From: an uncultured Verrucomicrobiae bacterium
Lineage (GTDB): Bacteria; Verrucomicrobiota; Verrucomicrobiia; Chthoniobacterales; JAFAMB01
Length of the DNA: 64,000 nucleotides
Direction of reading: 5' to 3'
NCBI GenBank assembly: GCA_963762565.1
Contig: CAVXLD010000007.1
Span: 192,001-256,000, forward strand
Below are positions 9,788 to 18,451 of the stretch, piece by piece (positions within the stretch are counted from its first letter, which is position 1; every line of letters starts with the position of its first letter). The position numbers were made by a program, and so were the translations under genes. The notes beneath the pieces are model-generated. The model was not told the DNA's origin, ran no database searches, and was given only the letters and a program-made list of their open reading frames with translations.

Positions 9788-10636
9788 TTACGTGACCGCA
9801 CCCGGTTCGGCAATAGCGCCAGCAGGAACTGCGGCTGGGGTTGAGTCGTTTTTCCAGCCGTAGGTCAGGTAAAGCGCGAATCCGGTAAAGACCGAGCCGC
9901 CAATAAAATTACCAATGGTGACCGGTATCTGGTTCCAAATCCACCAATCAGCGATCGTGGCCTTAGCACCAAAAAGAATGCCGGCGGGAATGACGAACAT
10001 ATTCACGATTGAATGTTCGAACCCCTGCGCGAAGAACGTGAAAATCGGCAGCCAGGCGCCTACGATTTTGCCAATGGTCGATTTCGAAGTCATCGCCATC
10101 ACGACACCGAGGCAGACCAACCAGTTACAAAGTATGGCTTTTACCAAGGCGGTGAGGATGCCGAATGCTCCGAACTTGGCATAGCCCAGTGTCTTGGCAT
10201 CGGCGATAGCGGCGATTTTCGCGGCGATGCCGGAAGCGTCATTGGTGTGGCCAGACATGGTTAACGCCCCGTATAAAAGCAATGCATAAACCAGGCTGCC
10301 GATCAGGTTTCCGAGAAGGACCCAACCAAAGTTGGCCAGCATCCGCGGGAGCGAGAGTTTGCCGTCGGCGTAGGCCAAAGGGAGTAATGCGAAACTGCCG
10401 GTGGCAAGCTCTAACCCAAGCAGGACGATCATAACGAACCCAACGGGGAATACGAGAGCGCCCACTAACGGCACGCCGGACTGCACCGTTGCGGTGACTG
10501 CCAGACTGGTCGCAACGCCCAGTAATGCGCCAGAAAGAAACCCCCGGATCAGAAGGTCTTTGGCGGCGAGGGAGCCTTTCGTGTTCCCGGCGCTAACCAT
10601 ATTGGAGACGACTTCGCGAGGTGGAACGTAGTCCAT
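9788..10636 (-). CDS. Formate/nitrite transporter (FNT family)
   Basis: FPVGFVMIVLLGLELATG, GNLIG, LCNWLVCL, FEHSIVNM and GNFIGG motifs. Confidence 0.93.
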   Translation of the reverse strand: MDYVPPREVVSNMVSAGNTKGSLAAKDLLIRGFLSGALLGVATSLAVTATVQSGVPLVGALVFPVGFVMIVLLGLELATGSFALLPLAYADGKLSLPRMLANFGWVLLGNLIGSLVYALLLYGALTMSGHTNDASGIAAKIAAIADAKTLGYAKFGAFGILTALVKAILCNWLVCLGVVMAMTSKSTIGKIVGAWLPIFTFFAQGFEHSIVNMFVIPAGILFGAKATIADWWIWNQIPVTIGNFIGGSVFTGFALYLTYGWKNDSTPAAVPAGAIAEPGAVT

Positions 10637-10648
10637 GGTAGGTCACGG

Positions 10649-10664
10649 AGCGGAAAACGTGCCA
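10649..10664 (-). promoter_or_regulatory. Putative sigma54 (-24/-12) promoter for FNT-nirA
   Basis: Minus strand TGGCACG-TTTT-CCGCT with exact GG-N10-GC spacing, upstream of nitrogen assimilation genes. Confidence 0.65.
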
Positions 10665-11039
10665 GGGGGTGGGGGGGTGAGCAGTGAGCAGTAAGCAGTG
10701 AGAAGTGAGAGGTGATTGGTGAATGGTGATTGGTGATTGCTTGTGATTGGTGGATCTGGGCGGAGTGGGCGGTCGTGGAGGGGTGCTGGCTAGTGACGCG
10801 CAGGTCAGTTTTTTGTGCGAATTGGTCAAAAATTGACAGGGAGATTACTTGGCCCGCCTGGGCAGGAGTATTCCTTGCGCAACCAACTCCTCGGCTAACT
10901 GCATCGCGCTCTGAACTGCTAACGCAGGCCCGGCGACCTGCTTAGCGGCTTCGAGCGAGGCTTGAATTACAAATTCTTCATATGTCATATTTCCCTAGAA
11001 GGCACAAAACTGTGTGCAAATCAATCTTCGTCCGGCGGT

Positions 11040-11510
11040 TCAGTCTAGTGGTATCAAGACAGGTTTCGGCAGCGGCCCGACGTCATCCCGGTGCAGCACA
11101 TATTCCACTCCGGCACCCAGCGGACCCTGAACATTCTTACGGAACCGCATGCAGAGACGTCGCATGAGGGCTATTGAACGTGTGTTGGGGAGGTCGGCGC
11201 CGGCTATAATAGAGTCAATTTGTGACTTCAAAAAGGCGTGAGCAATCACCGTCCAAGCCATCCTCAGGGCAAGGCCCTGTCCCCAATAGCTTGGGTCCAA
11301 CAAGTAGGTGAGTTCTGCGGACTTGAATGATGGATAGGGTCGTAAGTCAACACAACCGGCGTATCGCGCTGAGACATTTTCCAGGAACCACATACCGAGC
11401 GGCGTCTCTCCCCTGTCGGTAACACTCTGTGTAAGCAAGCGCGTGATGTATTCCTTGTCCGGAGGGACTCCATCGAAAAGGTATTGATAGGCTAGCGGAT
11501 TCGCTGCCAA
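11040..11510 (-). CDS. RimJ/RimL-type GNAT acetyltransferase (N-terminus possibly disrupted)
   Basis: ELTYLLDPSYWGQGLA and NTRSIALMRRL motifs. The frame extends upstream (RLRRADLNDIDG) only as far as a TAA near 11560. Confidence 0.75.
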   Translation of the reverse strand: MAANPLAYQYLFDGVPPDKEYITRLLTQSVTDRGETPLGMWFLENVSARYAGCVDLRPYPSFKSAELTYLLDPSYWGQGLALRMAWTVIAHAFLKSQIDSIIAGADLPNTRSIALMRRLCMRFRKNVQGPLGAGVEYVLHRDDVGPLPKPVLIPLD

Positions 11511-11776
11511 CGCGTGATAGCCGTCGATATCATTTAAGTCGGCTCGCCGTAGCCGCCCTTACAACCGGCCGACAGTTGCAGCGATCCAAGGCGTGACGGG
11601 CAAACACGTGCAGTCGGTGACAAAACCATTAAGTTACGATCCGAGAGACCGCTGACGACCCGGCGGCCAAGGGCATTAGTCGCACCAGGGGTCGAGCGGA
11701 GAGAGATTTTCGCCCGACGATGCACCGCACGTCAATCGCCCATTCGCCGATTCGCCCTTTCGCCGGCGCGCCGCCG

Positions 11777-13309
11777 CTACCCCTCTTCGCCTTTCCCCCC
11801 GAATTGCGCCGTATACGTATCTAGTTGTTGGTAATACGGTCCGGCGTCTTCGTAGATTTGGTCGAATAACGCGGCGAGCTTTTCGTAGCGAGGCACCCAG
11901 TCCGGGTTCGGAACAATTTCTTCATCCAGTTGGATCAGCTTTGTGGCGGCCTCTGACAGGGATGAATAGACGCCGGCGGCAACCCCGGCGATCATCGTGC
12001 AGCCCAGGATGCTGGACTCGGTGTGTTTAGTCGTGCGAATCGATGTCCGATAAATGCTGGCTTTAATCTCAAGCCAGAGACGCGTTTTTGCGCCGCCGCC
12101 ACTTGCCACCAAATACTTCATCGGGTTCCCGCTTTGTTCCATGATGGAAAGGTTTCGGCGAGAAGCGAAAGCCACGCCTTCCATCACGGCTCGGTGCAGG
12201 TGCCCACTTGCGTGGGCGTAGGTTAAGCCAAAGAATTGGGCGCGGGCGTTCCGCCGGGCTCCCAGTCGTTCTCCGTTTAAATAAGGCAAGAAAATGAGGC
12301 CATCGGATCCGGGCGGAGCTGATGCTGCGACTTTAACCAGCTCATCGTAGCCAACCTGATTGTCGTGGAAGGCGCGGCGGGCCCAGCGGACGGCATCACC
12401 TCCGGCATCCAGAATAGTAAATGCGCTCCACCCTTCGTCGATGCCCAGGACGTTACTGATAATTGGATGCAGAACTGCGCGTTCGGTTTGCAGGGTCAAC
12501 AAAGTTGAAGTCCCCGTGGAATCGGACCCAACACCAACTCGGTTCACACCGGATCCAAGCAAAGTAACGGGAAAGTCTCCGGCTCCAACGGCGACCGGAG
12601 TACCACTCAATAGACCGGTCTCTTCAGAAGCCGCGCGGGAAATGGTACCGACGAGATCGATTGGCCGTTTGATCTGGGGAAGGATCTCTGGTTCAAGCCC
12701 TAAGAGTTCTGCTAGCGATGAGCTCCAAGCGCGTTTCTCGATATCATAGAGGTAAGTTGTAGACGCCTCCGGATGGTCAATCGCCTGGCAACCGGTTAAT
12801 CGGAAATTCACGAAATCTTTGACGATAAGGACTGAGACCGCCCTGCGATAGACATCCGGATGCTCTTTCTTAAACCAAAGCAGTTTGAACGCCGGCCAAG
12901 CAGTCGCCGCGGGATTGCCGGTGATAGGCAACAGCTTTTCTTGGTCGTGCTGTCCGAGGAATTCAGCGAGCACCTCTCGGGTCCGCTTATCATTCCAAAG
13001 AGGAGCGTAGTCGACGACAGGGACCCCATCCCGGCCTATTAAAACGGTTCCATGCATCTGGCCGCAGGTGGCAATAGCGACGATCCGTGAAGCCGCATTT
13101 TCGACCTTGTTGAGTACAGTTCGAATACAGAGCACAACCCCGTTCCACCAGTCGGATGGACGCTGTTGAGACCAACCGAAGTGTGGCACTTGCTGGTCGT
13201 GCTCAGCGGAATGGAAGGCCACGATCTGGCCGTTAAGATCCGTTAAGGCAGCCCGTACACTGCCAGTACCAACGTCGATGGCCAGCAAGAGATCTTTATT
13301 GGGGGGCAT
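11777..13309 (-). CDS. FGGY family carbohydrate kinase (xylulokinase-like)
   Basis: LAIDVGTGSVRA, GQMHG, WNDKRT, FLPYLNGER and GGGAK motifs; start placed at MPPNKD. Confidence 0.92.
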   Translation of the reverse strand: MPPNKDLLLAIDVGTGSVRAALTDLNGQIVAFHSAEHDQQVPHFGWSQQRPSDWWNGVVLCIRTVLNKVENAASRIVAIATCGQMHGTVLIGRDGVPVVDYAPLWNDKRTREVLAEFLGQHDQEKLLPITGNPAATAWPAFKLLWFKKEHPDVYRRAVSVLIVKDFVNFRLTGCQAIDHPEASTTYLYDIEKRAWSSSLAELLGLEPEILPQIKRPIDLVGTISRAASEETGLLSGTPVAVGAGDFPVTLLGSGVNRVGVGSDSTGTSTLLTLQTERAVLHPIISNVLGIDEGWSAFTILDAGGDAVRWARRAFHDNQVGYDELVKVAASAPPGSDGLIFLPYLNGERLGARRNARAQFFGLTYAHASGHLHRAVMEGVAFASRRNLSIMEQSGNPMKYLVASGGGAKTRLWLEIKASIYRTSIRTTKHTESSILGCTMIAGVAAGVYSSLSEAATKLIQLDEEIVPNPDWVPRYEKLAALFDQIYEDAGPYYQQLDTYTAQFGGKGEEG

Positions 13310-13370
13310 GGAGGAGAGGACAAATAGAAAATAGCTAATAGCAGATAGCAAATGGAGGAGTTCAGGAGTT

Positions 13371-13584
13371 GGTAGGGGGAGGCTCCTGAAAGGCCCAAGG
13401 ATACAACGAAGGAAATCCGCACGCCCCTTAACCAATCAACGAGGGAGGGCCGAAAAGCGCGCCGAGCCGGGGGCAACGCGGCAGACCACGGCTCGGCCAA
13501 CTGGCGGCACAACAACGTTTCTTTGGCGGTACATACGAGACGCTTCGCTCTACCGACTCTCGCCTGCAGGAGCCTCGCCCTGCC
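13371..13584. repeat. Family B nested inverted-repeat element (REPIN-like)
   Basis: GGTAGGGGGAGGCTCC-N74-GCCGAGCCG ... CGGCTCGGC-N71-GGAGCCTCGCCCTGCC. Confidence 0.8.
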
Positions 13585-13607
13585 TCTAGCCTGATCCACC
13601 ACAGTGC

Positions 13608-13620
13608 GTAGTATTGCTAC
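13608..13620. promoter_or_regulatory. Candidate HexR/RpiR operator 1
   Basis: GTAGTATTGCTAC (GTA-N7-TAC palindrome) in the divergent promoter region. Confidence 0.45.
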
Positions 13621-13797
13621 TCAAAACCACCAAGCAACCATTTTCTACCGGAAAGTGTTTCCTGCGGGCTTAGTCCTAGGACAGGCGACGTAAGATGGGC
13701 GTGAGCAGTCTCGGTCAGGCGGGAATATGGGCGTAGGGGGAGCGGGACGCGGTGCTTCGCATTTTCTCTCTGAACACCGATTATGTTGATAAATTCT

Positions 13798-13810
13798 GTT
13801 GTATTACTAC
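13798..13810. promoter_or_regulatory. Candidate HexR/RpiR operator 2
   Basis: GTTGTATTACTAC, 11/13 identical to the site at 13608. Confidence 0.45.
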
Positions 13811-13877
13811 TTTAAAGAGGGAATTCTGGGTTTCGTTCCTGCTGAACAACTCAATCCCTATCTTTTCCAGCATCGCG

Positions 13878-14537
13878 ATGAGTGCTTCCCATGCTCAGCC
13901 TCCATTTTTGGCTTTTTTGAACCCGGAGACACTACAGATAGAGCCAAACACTGGCGGTTATAAGAAGCATTTCCGTGAGCTCGCCGGGATTTACGCCGAC
14001 GAGGCCGCGTTCGACCGTTTAGAAGAGACTTTTGGCAATTCGGTTGGTTATCGTGTGGATGAAGCGCGCTTCAGTGATCGCGGGAGTGATTTAATCACGG
14101 GAACTAGTGTACTTGAGCCGGGCAAAGTCGGCCGAGAGTTCTTTATGACGAGAGGACATCTCCATCAGCGGGCTGACCGTCCGGAGACTTACTATTGTTT
14201 GGCCGGGCATGGGGTCCTATTGCTGGAAAGCTTGGCTGGCGAAGTCAAGGCCATGGAGATGCGACCAGGCAGCCTTGTTTATGTGCCGCCATTTTGGATA
14301 CACCGGAGTGTGAACGTCGGTGAGGCCGTTTTCGGGACCCTCTTTTCTTATCCAGCCGATGCGGGTCAGAATTTCGAGATTGTCAGGCAAGCCAAGGGGT
14401 TTCGACAGCTGGTGGTTTCTGCCGGGGACCAGGGCTGGCAATTGATTCCGAATCCGCGATATCAACCGCGGACGGAGTCGGAAATACAAGCCTACATTAC
14501 ACTAACGAGCGGGAACGCCGGGAGCGGAACAGCATGA
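13878..14537 (+). CDS. Cupin-type (archaeal-like) glucose-6-phosphate isomerase family protein
   Basis: PGKVGREFFMTRGHLH, ETYYCLAG, YVPPFWIHRSVNVG and YPADAG motifs. Confidence 0.88.
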   Translation: MSASHAQPPFLAFLNPETLQIEPNTGGYKKHFRELAGIYADEAAFDRLEETFGNSVGYRVDEARFSDRGSDLITGTSVLEPGKVGREFFMTRGHLHQRADRPETYYCLAGHGVLLLESLAGEVKAMEMRPGSLVYVPPFWIHRSVNVGEAVFGTLFSYPADAGQNFEIVRQAKGFRQLVVSAGDQGWQLIPNPRYQPRTESEIQAYITLTSGNAGSGTA

Positions 14538-14578
14538 GCTCTACGGGTGCCAGGAAAGAGCCCGGCGGGCCCAAGGTT

Positions 14579-14864
14579 GGTGGGGCGAGGCTCCCTCACA
14601 ACCTTGGCGGCTTGTCAGGGAATGCGACATTGAAGGATGACTTCGTGTTTTTGGTCAAAGCGCTGCCGAGCCGGATCGAGGGTGTCGCAGTTATCCAGCG
14701 CTTTGAATTGGACTGGGCTTGCGTTCGATCCACCGTCGTCCATCCTTTTTTTGTGCCGCACGCGGGGCCGCGGCTCGGCGGCTTTCCGGCTTTGCCCATT
14801 ACAGTTTCGACAACGTCGGCGGCTTTGCTCGCCGTTAAAGGAAGATCCGGAGCCTCGCCCCACC
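14579..14864. repeat. Family B nested inverted-repeat element
   Basis: GGTGGGGCGAGGCTCC-N70-GCCGAGCCG ... CGGCTCGGC-N69-GGAGCCTCGCCCCACC. Confidence 0.85.
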
Positions 14865-14908
14865 AAGTTTGGGCCGAGCGCGGCAAACCGATTTCTCTCT
14901 GAATAGAC

Positions 14909-15559
14909 ATGGCTAAGACGATTCTGAAGGCGATCTCGGAACACCGGTTAGTGCCGGTTATCGAATTGGATACGGCAACTGACGCACCTTTTTTAGCGGA
15001 AGCTTTGTTGAAGGGTGGTTTGCCGGTTATCGAGCTAACGTTTCGAACCAGTGCGGCGGCCGAATCAATTGCGGCGGTGCGAAAGGAGTTTCCAGAAATG
15101 CTGGTTGGGGCAGGAACGATCGTGGTCTCGGAACAGTTTCAGCAAGCTCTGGACGCAGGAGCTCAGTTTCTGGTCTCTCCCGGGTTCGATTCTGGGCTGA
15201 CTAAGACGGCGGTGCAGAACGGCGTTCCATATTTACCAGGTGTCGCGACGGCATCGGAATTACAGGGCGCGTTGGCCCTCGGTATAACGGTCTGCAAGTT
15301 TTTTCCGGCTGAAGAAATCGGCGGCGCCCGTTTTCTCAGGATACTAGCGGCTACGTATCGAGCGTTTTCGCCGGGGTTCGTGCCAACCGGTGGAATCAAC
15401 TTGAATAACCTGGAGAGTTGGCTGCTGGAGCCGAGCGTGATTGCGGTAGGTGGTTCATGGCTGGCGGCAAGGCAATGGATTAAGGACAAAGATTGGGCGG
15501 CGATACGAGAGTCGGTTGCCAGCAGTGTGCGAGTGGTTACGACCTTAAAGCGAGCATGA
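14909..15559 (+). CDS. eda: KDPG/KHG aldolase
   Basis: IELTFRT, VGAGT, FLVSPG, KFFPA, PTGGI and GGSW motifs. Confidence 0.93.
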   Translation: MAKTILKAISEHRLVPVIELDTATDAPFLAEALLKGGLPVIELTFRTSAAAESIAAVRKEFPEMLVGAGTIVVSEQFQQALDAGAQFLVSPGFDSGLTKTAVQNGVPYLPGVATASELQGALALGITVCKFFPAEEIGGARFLRILAATYRAFSPGFVPTGGINLNNLESWLLEPSVIAVGGSWLAARQWIKDKDWAAIRESVASSVRVVTTLKRA

Positions 15560-15579
15560 ACCGGGAAAGTTCTCCAAGT

Positions 15580-15606
15580 CGGCCTCGCAAGCGAGGCACG
15601 CTCCAC
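15580..15606 (+). repeat. Family A REP-like palindrome (single copy)
   Basis: CGGCCTCGCAAGCGAGGCACGCTCCAC, containing the GCCTCGC-AA-GCGAGGC hairpin. Confidence 0.8.
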
Positions 15607-15616
15607 TAACTCCGGC

Positions 15617-16558
15617 ATGAGCGCGAAGCTAGTTTCGAGGCCCGTTCCAACCATCCACTTTGTCGGTGTATCCACAAAACAGTCGTCGATCATGCACGTT
15701 TTTCCGGAATGGGCAAAAGAGCTGGGTCTAGGCGACGTCGCCATTAACGGAATTGATCTGCCGCTGCATGCTGCCCGGGACCAATATCGGCAGGTTGTTG
15801 ATTTTATTCGAGATGATGCCTATTCGAATGGAGCATTAGTGACCACTCACAAGATCGATCTGTTTGAAGCGGCCTATTCGCTTTTCGATGAACTGGATTG
15901 GTTTGCTGAATCGATGCACGAAATAAGCTCGATATCGAAGCGAGCCGGCAAATTAATTGGACAGGCTAAAGATCCGGTATCGGCTGGGCGCGCATTAACA
16001 GAGATGATCCGGCCAGGTTTCTGGCCCGGCGAAGGAGGAGACATTTTTTGTATGGGCTGCGGTGGCGCCGGGGTTGCGATCACCTGGTTCTTGCTGCGGG
16101 GCGATCATTTGTTAGGAAAACCGGAGCGGTTGATTGTGTCCGACATTTCGATGGAGCGCCTGGCGCATCTACGAGAATTGGTCGATCAGGATGGGTTGGA
16201 AATTGAGTTGGTGCGGGATCCGACGGATAACGATCGTATCCTGCAGAGCTTGAAGGAGGGTTCATTTGTGATCAATGCAACCGGTTTAGGTAAGGACCGG
16301 CCCGGCTCGCCGATTACGGATCGCGGACGTTTTCCTCGACGTGCGATGGTGTGGGAATTGAACTACCGGGGCGCGCTCGACTTTTTGCATCAAGCTTATC
16401 GAGCCACAAGCGAACAAGAGCTGACGGTGCACGACGGTTGGGATTACTTTGTGCACGGATGGAGCTGCGTCATCGCGGATGTTTTCCATGTGGACATCCC
16501 GAATGAACGGGTTTCTAAATTAGCCGAGATTGCGGCGCGTGTGAGCGGAAGAAAGTGA
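15617..16558 (+). CDS. Shikimate/quinate dehydrogenase-like oxidoreductase
   Basis: GALVTTHK, MGCGGAG, VINATGLG and WELNY motifs; SDH fold with a divergent active site. Confidence 0.75.
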   Translation: MSAKLVSRPVPTIHFVGVSTKQSSIMHVFPEWAKELGLGDVAINGIDLPLHAARDQYRQVVDFIRDDAYSNGALVTTHKIDLFEAAYSLFDELDWFAESMHEISSISKRAGKLIGQAKDPVSAGRALTEMIRPGFWPGEGGDIFCMGCGGAGVAITWFLLRGDHLLGKPERLIVSDISMERLAHLRELVDQDGLEIELVRDPTDNDRILQSLKEGSFVINATGLGKDRPGSPITDRGRFPRRAMVWELNYRGALDFLHQAYRATSEQELTVHDGWDYFVHGWSCVIADVFHVDIPNERVSKLAEIAARVSGRK

Positions 16559-17568
16559 AACGAGTTCTAGTAACACCGCGGTCATTGACTAATGGCGATC
16601 ATCCGGCCTTTGCGCGTCTGCGTCAGGGCGGGTGGGAAATCGTTTTGGGCCCGAAAGGCCGGCTGCCGGAGGAGGAAGAGCTTTGCGACCTGGTGCAGGG
16701 TTGTGTGGGCTGGATCGCCGGGGTTGAACCCGTGACTGCGAAAGTTCTGGCTGCGGCCAAGGCTTTAAGGGTAATCAGCCGGAACGGTAGCGGCATTGAT
16801 AATATCCCGTTGGTTGATGCCACACAGCGCGGGATCACGGTGCTTCGGGCAAACGGTGCGAATGCGCAAGGGGTAGCCGAGCTTACTCTGGGACTTGCTT
16901 TAATGGCGGCTCGCGGCCTTCATTTGGCCGATCGCGGGCTTAAAGAAGGCGTTTGGCGCCGTTCTATGGGCACCGAACTCAACGGCCGCCGGGTTGCGGT
17001 GGTTGGGTATGGACGTATTGGGCAGGCCGTTGCTCGGCTCTTCGCTGCTTTCGGTTCTGTGGTCTCAGTGATCGAACCTTTGGATGTCGCCGCCGAACCG
17101 TTTGCTCGGGTGACTTTGGAGTTCGCCATCCGCGAGGCAGAACTGATCACACTGCATTGTCCGCCATCTCCGGATGGACAACCGCTGTTGAGCAAAATCT
17201 TGCTGAGTCGGGCGCGCCCCGGCTTGACCTTGATCAACACGGCCCGTCGAACGCTGGTCGACGAAGAAGGATTGCTGCAGCAGCTGGAAAGCGGGAGAAT
17301 CGCCGCCTATTGTTCCGATGTATTCGATCAGGCTGATGCCAGCGCCGCCAAACTGATTGCGCATCCCCACGTCATCGCGACCTCTCATCTCGGCGCCTTC
17401 ACCCGCGAAAGCGTCGATCGCGCTGCACTCGAAGCAGTACAAAATCTTCTGGCGTTTTTCGAAGGCGGTCCCACGCCTTCACGGCCCTCGGAATGCGGTT
17501 CCCCGACTTCACGACCCTCGGAGGACGGTCCCACGTCTCCACGACCCTCAGGAAATGCCAGCCATTGA
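16555..17568 (+). CDS. D-isomer-specific 2-hydroxyacid dehydrogenase (PGDH-like)
   Basis: ISRNGSGIDNI, GYGRIG, LHCP, INTAR and HLGA motifs. Confidence 0.9.
   Translation: MKRVLVTPRSLTNGDHPAFARLRQGGWEIVLGPKGRLPEEEELCDLVQGCVGWIAGVEPVTAKVLAAAKALRVISRNGSGIDNIPLVDATQRGITVLRANGANAQGVAELTLGLALMAARGLHLADRGLKEGVWRRSMGTELNGRRVAVVGYGRIGQAVARLFAAFGSVVSVIEPLDVAAEPFARVTLEFAIREAELITLHCPPSPDGQPLLSKILLSRARPGLTLINTARRTLVDEEGLLQQLESGRIAAYCSDVFDQADASAAKLIAHPHVIATSHLGAFTRESVDRAALEAVQNLLAFFEGGPTPSRPSECGSPTSRPSEDGPTSPRPSGNASH
17466..17555 (+). repeat. 3 x 30-bp degenerate tandem repeat in the 3' end of the dehydrogenase gene
   Basis: Units cggtcccacgccttcacggccctcggaatg / cggttccccgacttcacgaccctcggagga / cggtcccacgtctccacgaccctcaggaaa. 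Confidence 0.8.
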
Positions 17569-18451
17569 GACGGTTCGATTTGAAGGTTCGTTGGCTGACA
17601 ATCTTGCGAACGAACCCAGCGGAGTTGAGCTGTTCTGGCTCGGGCAGGCGGGTTTTTTATTACGGTCCCCTGGGCTGGATTTTTTGATCGATCCCTACCT
17701 TTCAGATCAACTGGCCGAAAAGTATCGTGGACAGGTCTTCTCGCATACCAGGCTGATGACGCCGCCGATAACGGTCCCGGAACTGCCGAAGCTCGATTTC
17801 GTTTTCTGCACGCATCATCATGGGGATCATCTAGATTTTCCCACTATCCGCGAGATTGCGGGCAAATTTCCGTATACGCGTTTTATCGTGCCGGCGGCGA
17901 GTGAACCGGAGGTAGGCCGAGCTGGTTTAAAGAAAGATCAGATAATCTGGGCCGAAGCAGAAGGCGAAATCCAGCTAAGTGATACCTTGAAGGTGACACC
18001 CGTTAAGGCAGCTCACGAGAGCTTCGAGTACGATCAACTTGGCCGCGATCGGTTCTTAGGATATCTTTTGCAGGTGGAAGCGGGTTTAATCTATCACTCA
18101 GGTGATACTGTCCGCTATCCTGGATTGATGGAAAGGATCATCCGATCTGGTCCACAGTTAGCTCTGTTGCCGGTTAACGGACGTCGCCCGGAGCTTCGGG
18201 AGAAGATCGCCGGGAACTTTACGCTCGCTGAAGCGGTGCAATTTGGCTTGGACGCCAAAATCCCTGCCGTGATCGCGCATCATTTTGGAATGTTTGCGTT
18301 TAACACCATCGATCCCGGACTAATCGATCAAACTACCAGGAACACGCCGGACCGGCTCCAACTCATAAGGGCGGAGTTAGGTGCCCGTTACTTACTAAAA
18401 CATGGCGCGCGAGGACGCGCGCCCTCCCTATCCCCAGACACTAGTGCCTAG
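17555..18451 (+). CDS. Metallo-beta-lactamase fold hydrolase (UlaG-like lactonase)
   Basis: FWLGQAGF, IDPYLSD, THHHGDHLD, YHSGDT and LPVNG motifs; start placed at MPAIET. Confidence 0.85.
   Translation: MPAIETVRFEGSLADNLANEPSGVELFWLGQAGFLLRSPGLDFLIDPYLSDQLAEKYRGQVFSHTRLMTPPITVPELPKLDFVFCTHHHGDHLDFPTIREIAGKFPYTRFIVPAASEPEVGRAGLKKDQIIWAEAEGEIQLSDTLKVTPVKAAHESFEYDQLGRDRFLGYLLQVEAGLIYHSGDTVRYPGLMERIIRSGPQLALLPVNGRRPELREKIAGNFTLAEAVQFGLDAKIPAVIAHHFGMFAFNTIDPGLIDQTTRNTPDRLQLIRAELGARYLLKHGARGRAPSLSPDTSA

Noticed and set aside
13310..13435. Long N-terminal extensions in the ORF track (FGGY kinase, SDR, deaminase, ArgE, MBL hydrolase)
   Set aside because: The extensions run through intergenic or tandem repeats, and downstream ATGs match the family N-termini.
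14534..14944. Short overlapping ORFs between the cupin PGI gene and eda
   Set aside because: They are translations of a family B repeat; the same GGARL/WWGEAP peptides recur at 22737-23210, 26417-26743 and 40140-40424.
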